Both the position numbers and the translations under genes were made by a program. A stretch of DNA of 63,953 nucleotides, the filler included, from Kipferlia bialata (lineage: Eukaryota), in assembly GCA_003568945.1 (NCBI GenBank). It is 7 parts of 7 records of this genome, joined end to end, with 100 filler letters (N's around TTAATTAATTAA, not from the genome) between each part and the next. Parts side by side here need not be neighbours in the genome. Positions count along the whole stretch, not along the records: positions 1 to 11,967 come from BDIP01001152.1; positions 12,068 to 24,032 come from BDIP01001153.1; 5 more parts are not named here. One strand, given 5' to 3'. Positions within the stretch are counted from its first letter, which is position 1, and each line of letters opens with the position of its first letter. The notes beneath the pieces are model-generated. The model did no database searches. It was not told the DNA's origin and saw only the letters and a list, made by a program, of their open reading frames with translations. Positions 1 to 13,117 of this stretch are shown one piece after another.

Positions 1-54
1 TGACCATCTCCCAGTATGTCCCCTGTATGTACTCCCCCCATCCCCCACCCCCAG

Positions 55-3026
55 TCCATCCATGCCGAGATCTCGTCTCTGACCGAGCTGGCCAGTGACC
101 AGGTGGTCAAGTACTACCGGTCCCACCTGTGCGGCACCCACCTGTCCCTAGTGATGGAGTTCATGAGGGGGAGTGTGCTGGACCTGATGGAGGCCACCCC
201 GATCCCAGAGCCCGAGGTCGGGTACATCCTCAGGGAGGCACTGCAGGGGCTGGAGTACCTGCACAGCCACGGCAACATCCACAGGGACATCAAGGCCGCC
301 AACATCCTCTTGAGCGAGGCAGGCATGGTGAAGCTGGCTGACTTTGGGGTGTGTGGCACCATATCGGCCACCATGTCCAAGAGGCAGACATTTGTGGGCA
401 CTCCCTTCTGGTACGAGACATCTACACACTCTCTCTATCGATATTCACTTGGCGGTGCCAGTATCTCTCTCTCTGAGGAGTGGGTTAGGTCTCCCTCCCC
501 CCCCTGTATCAGTCTGACCGCAGGATGGCCCCCGAGGTGATCAAGACCAACGTAGGGTATGACACCACCGCCGACATCTGGAGTCTGGGCATCACGGCCA
601 TCGAGATGATCACGGGCACTCCCCCCCACTCAGAGATGCACCCCCTCAAGGCACTGATGATGATCCCCAAGGCACCCGCCCCCACCCTCCCCGTCTCCAA
701 CCCAGCCTCCAAGGCCCTGAGAGACTTCATCGCACAGTGTCTGACCAAGGTAGAGGATACGGGAGAGGCGGAGAGGAGATATTCTCATGCATCATCTATT
801 TATTTCTGGTGGGGTGACTAGCATATGGAGACATAATTGTAGAGACCTGGACACCGATATACAAGTATTATCTTTCTGTTAGTAATGTGCGGCACTCTGT
901 GTGTCTGACCCCAGAACCCTGACGACCGTCCTAATGCCAGCCGACTGCTGCAGCACAAGTTCATACGCACAGCCAGCCGGTCTCCTGCCCGTCTCGCCCA
1001 ACTGGGTGCGTCTCTCTATATATACAGAGATAAACATAGTAATAGCGATAGTGATACAGTAACATTCGACTGTTATCATTATGTACGTGACTTCTAATCC
1101 GCAGTGTCTCGCATATCGGTGCAGCACCCCCAGCCTGAGCCGAGGCAGGACGGGGCTGCCCCCTCCCCCCCTCCCCCTGTGGTAGACGCATGGGACTTCA
1201 GCTCAGACGACGACAGCCAGCCGGCCCCCGCCCCCATCCGGCGCAGGGGGGGCAGGGACCGGTCCCACCCCGCAGGTGTGCAGTCCAGCCCCAAGGTGCC
1301 CCAGACGGCCAGGGCAGAGGGCCTGGGGTACGGCATGGCCTCAGACAGTGAAGACTCCGGGGTGGGTGCCTATCCAGGGGACTCTGTGGTGTCCAGGGGT
1401 GCACGGGACTATGACTACGGGACAGTGCGGAGGGGGGAGGAGCAGGAGTATGACACCCAGGGACCTGACAGTGGTATGCACATGAGGGAGGAGGGGACTG
1501 TGAAGAGAGAGAGAGAGAGACCCAGGCAGCACAGAGAGACTGAGAGGGAGAGAGAGAGAGCCAAGGAGAAGGAACGGGAGAAGCGGAGGGAAAGGGAAAG
1601 AGAGGATGAGAGACTGCGGGAGAGGAAGAGAGAGAGAGAGAGAGAACCTGAGCGTGAGAAGAAGAGAGAACGGGAACGTATCGCTGAGCGGAAGCGTGAG
1701 AAGGAGAGGGAGAGGGAGAGGGAGAGGGAGACAGAGCGGGAGCTTGAGAGAGAGCTTGATATGGAGAGAGAGGCTGAGAGGGCTAGGCTACAGTCTATGG
1801 GAGCCCATGGCGACACGGGGTCTGTGCGGCGTATGAGTGTCAGCAGCCAGCGGGGTGGTGTGGATCCCTTTGCGGTAGACCACTCTGAGGGGGAGAGAGA
1901 GGGTTCGAGTGAGGACCCCGATGGCCATGGCGTACCCTCTGAGAGCATGGAGGGTCTGTTTGTGCTGAAGGACAGGAGGCAGAGCCAGTACCAGGACACC
2001 TCGGACACGGTGACACAGAGTGTGGCACAGGACAGACACAGACACAGACACCTGGACCAGGATGGAGTGGGGGCTGAGGGGTCAGTCAGAAGCAGGCGCA
2101 CCCACCGGTCGTCCTCCCACTCCTCGCACACCACTAAGAGGAGGCGGCGTAGACGTGACAGGGACAGAGACAGAGACAGGGAGGGAGAGGACTCAGAGGC
2201 CAGTGAGAGCTACATGCAGGAGAGTGACAGGGAGAGAGAGGGGCTGGGCAGGGTGGAGGCTGGGCAAGGAGAGCAGGGAGAGGAGAGTGATTTGGAGTCG
2301 ACTGGGGGCAGGAGAAGGGGTCGCAAGAGAGAGCGGCGGCCTAAGGAGGGTGAGTCCTCTACTAGCGCCCTGGAGACCGTCGAGGAGACATCTAAGCACC
2401 CTGCACCCCGTCCTGTGCCTGGGGAGAGAGAGGCGGCCTCTGTGGCACCTGTCCCTGCCCCAGCTGTGGCCTCAGTGTCAGTGGCAGAGGGGACAGGTAC
2501 TGCCCCAGTAGTGGCAGGGGAGAAGAAGGAGAAGACTCCCACTCTGACCCGTCGACAGAGCCAGCGGAGGGAGAGCCACCACACCCCCCAGAAGCACCAG
2601 AAGAGAGAGAGAGAGAAGAGGGAGAGAGAGAAGAAGGAGAGGGCGCAGACTGGGCTGAGGTTTAGACAGGAGGTGCTGGGCCCCGTCCTCATGGCCGGGG
2701 ACAGCGATGGCCTGTGGGACGGGTCTGGGCTGTCTGATGCAGTGAGTGCCGCAGACGCCATGTGCCAGATGGTGGCCCCGTCCCTGGGGGTGGCTCTGTT
2801 CAGAGCCTTGTTTGCCCAGGTCAGGACACACCACCCGGCTATAGCCCAGTCCCAGCTGGGTATTGAGCCCCTGGCCCATAGCACAGAGTGGCTGGCATCA
2901 GATAGGGGCCGCAAGGGCGAGGGTGCCCCTGGTCCCCTAGTCTCTGTGTCTGCCCTGGCCCCAGACAGTGAGGGGGGCACAGTGCCGGAGGAGGTGTGGC
3001 AGGCCATACAGGCATTCAGGCGGTGA
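55..3026 (+). CDS. STE20/GCK-family Ser/Thr kinase, 5' partial, with long Glu/Arg-rich C-terminal tail
   Basis: Exons 55-410, 524-749, 915-1005 and 1105-3026 join in frame through GT..AG introns. Motifs HRDIKAANILL, KLADFG, TFVGTPFW|MAPE and ADIWSLGIT are diagnostic of STE20 kinases. Confidence 0.92.
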
Positions 3027-3306
3027 CAGGGGGGGACACGTACTAGTATATGCTAGGCCTAGTGTATTGTTTAGTTATACAACGATTGACAAGGCAACAC
3101 GTGCCGACGTGTATAGATTAGGAGGTACCGTTGGTGCCTTTCAACAGATGAATCAATTCTATGAAGTGAATCACTATTGACTCCATGTAAGAATCCCATT
3201 TATCCATAAGAAGAATGTGTGAGATATACGTGATGTGACCTATCAGAATACCCACTATACAGCGGGTGTGACCAGATGTCCCATGGTCCCCTTCCAAGCC
3301 CTGTCT

Positions 3307-5219
3307 CTACACTGTGCCCAGTCCAGCTGCCACGTCTGGGGGCCCTGTCTCGACCCTCCCCTTGACCCTCTCTGTACTTGCCTCCACCCCTAGGACAGGC
3401 ACAGGGGGGGCAGGGTACAGCACAGCGGCGTCCCCTTCCACACTGCTACCCATCGAGCACCTGTAGGGCTGGGGCACCTCACCACTCTCCATCAGGGCCC
3501 CTGCATCAAGGCAGCAGGGGAGGGAGAAGCAGATGGGGAGAGAGGCAGAGGCAGGGAGGCGGACCCCGTCTGTCTTGACCTCCACAGAGTGGTGCACCTG
3601 GTAGATTTAGAGGTATATTTATTTATAATATATATATATATTTATATTATATATATATATATATATATTTATAATATATAATATAATATAGTATAAAGAG
3701 GAATAGGGATATGGAGGGAGAAGGAGGATACTCAGTAACACCACCACACCCCCACCTCTATGCCTCCTGCCCCTGCCCCTGACAGGCCAGGGTGGGACAG
3801 GAACATCCTCTCGACAGGGTACAGGGTGTCGACAAGGGCCTCGTTGGGAGTGCCGTGGAAGGCCCTGGTGTTGAGGGCACTGTACACATCCCCATCACTC
3901 AGAAGGGGGATGCGGAGCTGGGGTGAGGGGAGGCCGGCAGAGAAGACGTGTACCAGGATCAACACTCATCAGCATACATAGCACCCCACCTCCCCACTCC
4001 ACTCTGTCTCCGGCTGGGAGTCCACCTCTGTGCTGCCCGAGGTGAGTGTCTCCGACCATGAGCTGAAGGGTGTGGTGACATGTCTCACCACAGACCAGGA
4101 CAGAGAGGGGATGGGCCTCCTGGACATGTTGGTCAGGCCGCAGCCCACAACAAGCTCATCCTGTATCAGTACAATGTACATATGGGATGGGAAGCTGCAA
4201 CACTAGAGCAAATAGGTCTAAGCCCTGGGCCATACACCCTGTACCTGTGGGTTGTGCAGCTCCTCCTCCACAGACAGTACCAGCATGGCGATACGGGCAC
4301 CCAGACAGCACCGGAGGCGAGACTCCCCCGTCTCAGCTACAGGCCCAGAGTGTTGCCCTTGGGGGGAGGGGAGTACATAGAGGGGAGAGTCATACTTGAC
4401 TCTGGTGAGACAGCCCTTGACATTTGCCCTCACCCCTATGGAGTGGACGAGCTGGGGTGGGGCGTGGGGGGGGGGGGTGGTGGATATATATGCTGCATAG
4501 AGGCACAGGAAGAATTAAATGTATATACTAGTATACATATAATTACAGTGTATATGTATACATATACTTGACAAACCCACCTGGTTAATGGCCACCATGT
4601 AAGGCCCTGGGCGGTCTGGACCCGACCCAAACACCGAAGGGGGGGAGTCAGACATGAGCTCAAAGGAGAAGGGTACCTGGGCTGTCAGACAGGGATGTGA
4701 GGAGGAGTAATTGGTTCTATAAGAGAGTTCTGACGGACCTCCTGGGTGACGTTGGGCTCAATGGCCATGGCTTCATCGCCCTTTGCCACCACTGTGATGT
4801 AGTCGGACTGATAGGTGTGGATGAAGCTCTGGGGTAAGTCGCAACACAGAATAAGAAGAGAGTATGAATATGACTTGCACTGCCATCCGCCCCACCTGTG
4901 CTGTGTGATGGCTGGACCCGGGCTGGTAGCACCGGTTCTGGCTCTGGTACTTCAGAGAGGCCCTGCATCAGTATGAGTCGTTGTTACCATATGTAGATAC
5001 TTACAATGACACACCTTGTGACCGATATGGGCTCAGAGGATGAGTTGGTGAGCAATACATTGCCAGTGACTTCCTCACCAGGCCAGTAGAAAGGAGGAGA
5101 CCTGCATAAGCCCAAAGGAACAGTCGCGAATAGATAAATGTGTGTCACTGAATAGTGGGTCTATATATATAGTGCATATACCTGTCATACACGACACTGA
5201 CGCTCAGTGGGTTCACCAT
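3307..5219 (-). CDS. Arrestin-domain (alpha-arrestin/ARRDC-like) protein, about 9 exons
   Basis: Manual splicing gives MVNPLSVSVVYDRSPPFYWPGEEVTGNVLLTN... (arrestin-N start), VPFSFELMSDSPPSVF (FPFxFxLP..PPSF motif) and DELVVGCGLTNMSRRPIPSLSWSVVRHV (arrestin-C). All junctions are GT..AG. Confidence 0.8.
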
Positions 5220-5760
5220 AGCCACCTCTGTCTGTAGCGGACACGGACATCATTGTCTGTGGAGTGAATGTATCGATAGAGACCCGCAAGAGAGAAGCCC
5301 TGTGTCAGAGCAATGAATCATTGACAATGATAATACCTTCGGGCCGTTTTGCGTACGGTGGCAGGAATAATCGGTCCTTGATGACACACGGCGTTACTAG
5401 GCCTAACGCCGAGTCATGGGCAAGGTAGCCAGATCTATTTGGATACCATTGTCACTGCGTTCTACAGGCCTACTAACCGCTATACTGAGTAAGAGACCCT
5501 GAAGACGAGAATCCCCTCTCAGTGTCAATATTAGTGTTGAAGTATCGGTGACATTCAGGTGCTGCAATGCACCACTGGTATCTACATACCCACAGTCTAT
5601 GATTTATAAACATACAGTCCACACAGGGACAGAAGGGGACCGAGCAACACCTCCAAGGCTTGACTCAGTCGTGCACATCAGTTGTGCAATGGACACCAAA
5701 ACAGGGAAACAACAATGAGGCCTCTCCAACCTTGGCCTCTCACAAATCACGTATCTCACA

Positions 5761-7354
5761 TCACATATCGTCCAGCTCAGCCAGCATGGCTTCGAGGTCT
5801 GTGTCAGTGGGGTAGGAGGCGTAGGCCCCAGACACGTGTGACATGGACATGACCTGGGCGATGGGGGTGCTGCCTCTGTCCAGCAGGGCATAGGCTGCGG
5901 CCACGTCCACCCCGCCCACATCTGTGCCTGTCTGGTCAAGGCGCCCTGTGCCCATGGGGGAGGGGTCAGGCAGACAGACACCTGCGGCAAAGGGAGTGCG
6001 GGCCCCCACCTCCAGAGGCACATGGGGCACATCGGAGAGGGTAGACAGCTCTATGCCGTCCGACCCCTCACCCTCTGACGCACCGAAGTACTCACCCTCC
6101 CTGACTGCGTCCTGGTCTGCATAGGATGCGTCAAAGGATGCGTCAGGCGAGGGGTCGAGTGATACTGTGTGGTCGGCTAGATCGTCCAGACATATCCCGT
6201 CCCCCAGCCTAGGCCCCTCTGCCCTCTCCCTGCCCTCCATCACCTCCCAGCTGGAGGGGTCACTCCAGGCACGCGACACAGACTCACTGTCGGCCTCGCA
6301 CCCACACACCCCCCCTAGGGCACCTGTGTCCAGAGAGAAGGACCTCCACTGGCCGAGCCTCTTGGGAGCCAGGCATGACCCTTCCCCAAACACACAGGGA
6401 GCCGCAAAGGGCAGGTGGGTAAGGGCGTTGTTGCGCCGGGCACGGCTCTGGTAGACTGCGGCCACCTCTGCATCACAGGGGTCCTCGGGGACCTCTGGTA
6501 GAGTGAACACGGGCAGGACAGGGAGGGCGGGGGTGGAGGCGGGGCCCTTCCTCTTGACAGCATGGGCGGCATCCCCTGCTGTCCCTGTGCCTGCCTTCCT
6601 GGACCTGTCCTTGCCGGGTCTGGCCATACCCATGAGGGGGGTCTCCAGGGCCAGGCGATCAAAGCATGCCTGGGCCTGGGGTGCCTCTCTCATGCAGGAC
6701 ACGGCCTGCAATGAGGAGCAGCAAATCGATAGGAACACCACTATTTACACTCACCTATAACAGACAATGCTCAATATATAGGACAGTACTGGATGAATAT
6801 TAGGAGGGTAACCATACCTGGTCGCGGTGTGAGTGAAGGGCAGCTATAAGGTCCTCTCTCCGGGACGGTGTCTCCTTAGATGCCGCACACTCGTTGGTGA
6901 GGAAAGGAGACTCGAAGGCACTCTCGTACAGAGTCTCAGTCCCACCAAAGCCAGTCGACTCTTCTACCATGGATGTGACCTCCTCTGTGGTTCCCTCGAA
7001 GTAGGACCCGTCACTGTCAGTCATGGACTCGGCAAGGTGTGCGGAGGGCTGAACACGAGTATAAACCCTGGGCCTGTCTCTCTGGGGCGTAGGGGACACA
7101 TTCATCATAGACCGACGAAGAGCGGGAGTCTGCACAAGGCCAGACATCCCAACATATGCCATCCTGTTGTTGGGCCGACCTGCAGATGGAGGTGGTAGTG
7201 TCTGGCGAACTATACGGGAGGTGTGGGGTACGGCATTGGATCTAGGGGCAGTCCTTGGGGTCGCAGAAGGGGGATTGGGGGTAGCTACTTTGCCACGCTG
7301 TGTGGCAGGGTGCGTAGAACGAGACTTACGGACGCTAAGCCTGGATTGGTGCAT
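5761..7354 (-). CDS. Hypothetical protein, 2 exons (6818-7354, 5761-6705)
   Basis: Two long ORFs join through a phase-0 GTATGG..CTCATTGCAG intron (6706-6817). No family recognised. Confidence 0.6.
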
Positions 7355-7739
7355 CTAGTGCTCCAGAAATACACTCAGAGCAGGATAATACAAGATATTG
7401 GGCGGTGCAGCTATGAAGAAGCGCACAATATCGCTCGTTGGAGCGCTACCAACTTTACCGGCAACTCAAAGCCAGTGTTTCCCAATGATAGAAGTTTCCA
7501 TGGGACCATGTTGTTCAGTTTCCGAATTTCTTGACTGCTATGGTAAGTCTAGCCAAATCTGCTAAACCTGAATGTATGCATATGACCCATAAACCCATAA
7601 CTTAACTGCATTCCTAAGGGTATAGCCTGAAGCCTTCCTTCTTTAGTGGGTTGGCCAATATGCTATCACCCGCGGTCTAGGGTTAGTACCCTAGTGTGAG
7701 ACCTCTGCTGAGTTTTGCTTCTCTAGAGGATACCATAGC

Positions 7740-9066
7740 ATGAGCAACAACCTCCGCTTCGACGGGACTGATATGGATGTGCTCCAAAGGTGGGTTGTAG
7801 TTTGATCTCTACGACTGTGACACATTCACAACCCAGAAACAGAATATTCTCTCTTGTCTTCAATACAGAAGGTGGCACCGCACTGCAGGGCTTGGCCTAA
7901 TGAATACACCCTAGTAGTAGTAGATCTAGTTACTGTAGTTTTGAAGCACTTGGTGATAATGTTCTCTTTACTCCCAGCCTCGTCCAGCTAGGCCTGGGGC
8001 CCCTCTCTGAGACTGAGCTGGATCACATCCGCTCTGAGACAGGTTTGTATCACATCGTAGCATGTGTTCTCCTATCATTGGCCTTCCTACATAGATTGTT
8101 CACCCAGGCTATGAGCTGTCCCATCAGCAGGGGGCCAAGCGCATTGTGTCCCTCAGCCTGGACTCCAGGGTCCCTGAGAGCAGGTGCCTCGACCTGGAGA
8201 TGACCAGACTCAACAGACTCAACCTGCTCTCCACTCTGTCTCTCTCCCGCTGCCGCCTCACCGACCTGGGATCCCTCAACAGCATGGGCGAGACATCTCT
8301 CAAGGTAGACCCCGCACTCTCATGCGCCACTCTCTCTCTGTCACGCTGTCCCCCCACCCCAGATCCTCCTCCTGCCCCACAACGACCTCACTTCCTTCCC
8401 CCCTGGTCTGTCGAGCCTGGCCCAGCTCGAGGTGGGGCGCGCACGCTAGGCTGTCAGCTACCTCTGTACATATATATATCTCATCTCAGGTACTGGACGT
8501 GTCCTTCAACAAGGGCATTACAGAGGTACCGGCCGAGGTCGGGCTCTTGACCCGTCTGAGAGAGTTCAGGGCCAGCAACTGCTCGATCACACACGTGCAC
8601 TCAGGTATACTCTTCTTACACCTCTACTTGGGTATCGGAACCCATTTACACATTGCCATTTTGTGCTCTTGTCTTCTACCACCAGGCTTGGGTGAGTCTG
8701 AGTGCCTTGACCTGGTCGACCTCTCCCACAACTCCATCACCCACCTGCCCCCCTCCCTCAGAGCCTGGTGGGCCAGGGTGAGGCACAGGGAGGGCCTCAA
8801 CACCTCGGTCCTACTGCTAGAGGTGAGTGGCAGCCTACTGTGCACACTCTCCCCCCTACCCTTCTCACCCTCAGGGCAACACTGCCTGCCGCACCGAGCT
8901 GGTTGGGCAGGGCCTCATGCTGCGTGGCGTGACTGTCAGCCCCGTTGCCACCCCCCTGCCCCTGTCCGCCTCGGAGGCAGAGGAGAGGCAGAGGCACGAG
9001 AAGGCCCTCGGCCTGCCTGAGGGTGAGGTGGTGGGGGCAGGGCTGGGGGGGCTCAGGGAGCAGTGA
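7740..9066 (+). CDS. Leucine-rich repeat protein, about 7 exons
   Basis: Spliced product contains LxxLxLxxNxL repeats: ILLLPHNDLTSFPPGLSSLAQLEVLDVSFNKGITEVPAEVGLLTRLREFRASNCSI and LDLVDLSHNSITHLP. Confidence 0.82.
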
Positions 9067-9380
9067 GGCACCAGACCCTCAGCCTAACCTAGCAGAGGGG
9101 AAGGGAAATGGGGAATGAATAGATTGTGAGATATATATGATATGGGCAATGTGGTGGATGTCTATGTGCTATGGCTTGTCAGGCCCTTGAACCCAGCACT
9201 AGACTCTGTCACCAGAAGCACACCAGGGTTGTCCCAATATGTCTCTCAGTCCCATCCTTGAGTCGTGTCACTGACATAACAAGAAATCTATGTCTTCTAG
9301 TTGCAAATAGAAACACGTGTAACTGTAGCTGTAATTGAAGTTGCTATTGAATGTCCATGGAGTTCAGAGGGGAGGGTGAG

Positions 9381-11834
9381 TCACTCTTTCTTCTCCCTGG
9401 TCTCTCCCCCTACATCTCCCGACCCTGTCTCTTCCTCTGTTCCATCTTCGGTCTGTCTGAGCCTCTCTCTCTCCTTCTGCTCTCTGTACGACCTGTGCCA
9501 CTTGAGAGACACAACCAGGGGCAGGTCAGGCGCACACGCCTGTCTGAATGGGGAGGGACTGCGTGACCTATCCCCCATGGCCTCAGCAGGTCCATCACGG
9601 GGTAGGGGCACTAGAAGGGAGGGGTCCGACACATAGTTGTCCATGATGTTATTGGACTGGGCCTTGGAAGCGTCGCTACCTGGGCCGGGCCTTGCAGCAC
9701 CGGTGACCCCTGGTGAAGGGGACATCACCGCTCCCTCCCCTACACTCTGCCCAAGACCCTCTCCCCCTGTGCCTGTGTGGGATGGCATGGCCATGGCCTC
9801 TACGGTGACAACCAGGGCCAGACTCCCGTGCACAGTCACAAACAGGTCATCGCAGTCCCTCACTAGCCCCAGCACCCACCCGCACAGGGGACCAGACCCG
9901 ACAGGCCTCGCCGAGGGGGACAGGGGGAGGGGGGAGCCTGGACTGCCCGACACACCCATGGGTCCCGCCCTTCCCGCCCCTCTCTGCCGCACAAGCCCAG
10001 GGGGGGTGAATGTGTGCACCCGAGAGAACCTCCGCTCCTCCCCCCCCACACAGTGCACCGTGACCACCAGACTGAGTCTGGAGGTGGGCCTGGCATCCAC
10101 CAGGCCCTGGGTGGCGGTGCTGGCCTCAGAGGGCGGCACCCGCTCCAGTGTCAGACACAGCTGTTCAGCATGGGCAGGGCCCCACACCACTAGCCTGGGT
10201 GTGTACACACTCCCGGCCACTGCTATGCCACCCCCTGTGAGAGGTCTGTCCCTGGCCACCAGCTGGGACGGGGCCCGGCACAGCCCCCCACCAGCCCCTG
10301 TGCCTGTGCCTGTCTCCATGTGTGTGCCTATGAAGAAGGGCACGGCCTGTTGCACCGCCTTGTCCCGCCCGTAGTCTGCCGAGGTCAGGGTGCCACAGGT
10401 CCTGCGGAACTGGTACCGCAGCACCTGGTCCAACCTGTCCGGGGTGTACCAGCCCCACCCCTCCACCTCCCCCAGGTCCTCAGCGTCCAGCCCCCCCAGT
10501 CGGATACCGTCCAGACACAGACGGAGGGGGCCCTCCACAGCGGGGTCCCTGGGTCCCTCCCAACCAACATCAGAGGCACCCGCCCTGGGGGACTGGAGAG
10601 ACGGGGAGAGGGGGCGATCCACCGGGTACCCATTGTACACATCATTACAGGCACCACCAGCCTCAGACAAGGAATGCCTTGTATATGCTGTTGGGTCACC
10701 AGAGGGCAGAGCCTGGCCATGGTCTGTCAGTCCTCTATCAGTGTCGGTGCCAGCGCTCCCCAGGGGTCTGTCTCGCATTGCAGAGAGCAGGGTGTGGACA
10801 TAGCGCTGGGTGTGCCTGTCCTCCTGTACCTCATGTGCTGTATGGCTGTGAGAAGTACCAGACCCTGGGTCACGCCTCACTGTTGGGGAGACAGCAGCAT
10901 CTATACCAGCTGGCAAAGGAGACCGGATGTCATTGTTGGCACTGGAGGCAGACACTGCCGCATGACCAGTCGGAGAGGGGGAGGGAGAGGGGGGGAGGGG
11001 AGACACAGGAATGGCCTTTGGATCTCTACCACGCGCCCTCGCCCTCTCTTGCGCCCTCGCCCTATGCGCGGGAGGTACGGCCCCCAGCAGATACCCCCTC
11101 TGCCTCAGAGTGAGTTGGATGGGGTCTCGGACAGACACATGGAGAGCAGCACTGTCCAGATCACCATACACACCACCTGCGCCAGCCCTTCTCCTTACCG
11201 CCATCTGGTGCTGGCGCATGGCTATCACCACTGCCCCCCTCGCCCTGTGTATCTCTGTCTCGACCACACTGCGTCTGTCCGCCACGGCCCTGGCCAGCAC
11301 CCACAGGGGGAGGGCGTCCTCAGTGCCCCTGGCCATGTCGACCAGGAGGTGTCTGCCGGTCACGGCACAGACCACACCCAGCACGGCCTGCATGGAGGGG
11401 TACAGACTGCGGCAGGGCGGGGAAGGGGCAGAATGGGACACGACGCGTGACAGGGCGGGAGAAAGGGCGAGACAGAATGAGCAGAGGTGGGGGAGGTCGG
11501 GGAGGGAGACCTCTCTTCTGAGCTGACTTAGACAGGCAGATGCCAGGCCAGGGAGGCCCATAAAGTCTGCGAATGCTATGAGGGAGGGCAGCAGGTGGTG
11601 GGGGTATCCAGTCTCAGCAGTCAGTGACCGTAGATAGGACAGGATGTGTGGGAATGCCCTGAGGCTGCAGTGCTCCTGTAGCACAAGGGGCAGGGCTAGG
11701 TGGAACACCCCTGAGCTAGCAGTCCACTCTCCACTCACCAGCTTGTCTCTGAACAGAGGGGCTCGGATCAGACACGACGACACAACCCGGAACCGCATGG
11801 GCTCCACATGCAGGATGGAATCGAAAGCCGGCAT
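9381..11834 (-). CDS. Intronless BTB/POZ-domain protein (about 817 aa)
   Basis: Long ORF with a likely ATG at 11834. The N-terminus (FDSILHVEPMRFRVVSSCLIRAPLFRDKL...AFPHILSYL...LIAFADFMGLPGLASACLSQL) follows the BTB pattern. Confidence 0.72.
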   Translation of the reverse strand: MPAFDSILHVEPMRFRVVSSCLIRAPLFRDKLVSGEWTASSGVFHLALPLVLQEHCSLRAFPHILSYLRSLTAETGYPHHLLPSLIAFADFMGLPGLASACLSQLRREVSLPDLPHLCSFCLALSPALSRVVSHSAPSPPCRSLYPSMQAVLGVVCAVTGRHLLVDMARGTEDALPLWVLARAVADRRSVVETEIHRARGAVVIAMRQHQMAVRRRAGAGGVYGDLDSAALHVSVRDPIQLTLRQRGYLLGAVPPAHRARAQERARARGRDPKAIPVSPLPPSPSPSPTGHAAVSASSANNDIRSPLPAGIDAAVSPTVRRDPGSGTSHSHTAHEVQEDRHTQRYVHTLLSAMRDRPLGSAGTDTDRGLTDHGQALPSGDPTAYTRHSLSEAGGACNDVYNGYPVDRPLSPSLQSPRAGASDVGWEGPRDPAVEGPLRLCLDGIRLGGLDAEDLGEVEGWGWYTPDRLDQVLRYQFRRTCGTLTSADYGRDKAVQQAVPFFIGTHMETGTGTGAGGGLCRAPSQLVARDRPLTGGGIAVAGSVYTPRLVVWGPAHAEQLCLTLERVPPSEASTATQGLVDARPTSRLSLVVTVHCVGGEERRFSRVHTFTPPGLVRQRGAGRAGPMGVSGSPGSPLPLSPSARPVGSGPLCGWVLGLVRDCDDLFVTVHGSLALVVTVEAMAMPSHTGTGGEGLGQSVGEGAVMSPSPGVTGAARPGPGSDASKAQSNNIMDNYVSDPSLLVPLPRDGPAEAMGDRSRSPSPFRQACAPDLPLVVSLKWHRSYREQKERERLRQTEDGTEEETGSGDVGGETREKKE

Positions 11835-11967
11835 CCCTGAGGGTATGCTGCTCTCACTCGCTGCACACAGATCCTTTCCGGTGCACTTATAAGAAGGCGG
11901 CAGTATCGACCGCCAGAGAGAAAATGCACACACTGGACCCTTTGTTCACAAAAATCTGACTGAATTG

Positions 11968-12067
11968 NNNNNNNNNNNNNNNNNNNNNNNNNNNNNNNNN
12001 NNNNNNNNNNNTTAATTAATTAANNNNNNNNNNNNNNNNNNNNNNNNNNNNNNNNNNNNNNNNNNNN
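11968..12067. other. Artificial contig-joining spacer (N44-TTAATTAATTAA-N44)
   Basis: Exactly 100 nt with a central 12-mer giving stops in all six frames. The same cassette occurs six times in the window. Confidence 0.97.
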
Positions 12068-12086
12068 GGGGGGGGGGGGGGGGGGG

Positions 12087-12123
<37 letters not shown>

Positions 12124-12278
12124 GATATAGTGGGCATTGAAGGATGTGACATTGGGCAAACAGAGAAGTAGGTACTCTGGAAGGCTTGAGATGGAAGCAT
12201 ACCATGTATATGAATGTACCTGATGCATACAGTGGCGTCAATGGTAATGGTAGAGAGAGAGAGAGACTACTGATGTAC

Positions 12279-12807
12279 CTGATGCATATGGTAGAGTCCT
12301 TGGCATCCAGCTTTGGCAGGACACGCACAAAAGCAGACACACGCTCTTGGGTCCTCAGGGGCTCAAGGCCCTCCTTGGTGCTAGGATGAGAGGGAGGGGG
12401 ATGAGAACACTGAAGGGAGGATCATTGGATCATTGACTGGTTATACAGGATTATAGGTGTTACAATGTTAGCGGTACCATAATACACTACCACAAGACAT
12501 AGTAATGAGTATGAATGAGTATAGCAGTGTGGCACCAATGGTATAGTGCATAGGAGTGGGGGTCATCTGTACCACTCTCTACACTCCCACAATACACAAC
12601 AGCACTCAACAAATCGCAATATATATACACAGTGGTGTGTATAAAACAGTATATGAGAGTGACACACAATATAATATCCTTCCCGGGCAGATATGAGGAC
12701 ACATACCTGGTACCCTTCCAGAGACGGTACAGGGCGGCTGTCCTCAGTTGCACACCATCCGAGAGGAGCTGACTAAAGAGTCCATCCATATCCACAGGTG
12801 ACTCCAT
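12279..12807 (-). CDS. Hypothetical protein, N-terminal exons only (possibly HEAT/ARM-like), truncated by contig end
   Basis: Exons 12707-12807 (MESPVDMDGLFSQLLSDGVQLRTAALYRLWKGT) and 12279-12380 join in frame through a GT..AG intron. Confidence 0.55.
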
Positions 12808-13117
12808 GGAGATTCCCGGCAGTTAGGCTGCCTGCGACTGCTCCTGGAGGGCTGTAGGACACAAGTGAAGACGGTCGCGGTAAAACTCTCTCTCTCTAGT
12901 ACCAAATACTATGGCACTCTCTCTAGTTTGCTCTGATACACCCACTACGACCGTGTTGGGGTCTAGGATGCAGTACTCGAGCGTAACTAGGCTGAAAGAG
13001 GTAGCCTGCTTGGACCCCAGAAGGGTGAGAGAAAATCCAAAAATTCTGGTCCGGAAGATCAGAGTGAGATGCTTCTCTCTCTCGATACACAACCGAGGCC
13101 AGAGGTCAGAGTATACC

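Noticed and set aside
1415..3007. Long antisense ORFs (239 and 265 aa) opposite the kinase tail, and similar ones opposite the BTB and acidic genes
   Set aside because: They are by-products of GC-rich, low-complexity coding sequence and show no motifs.
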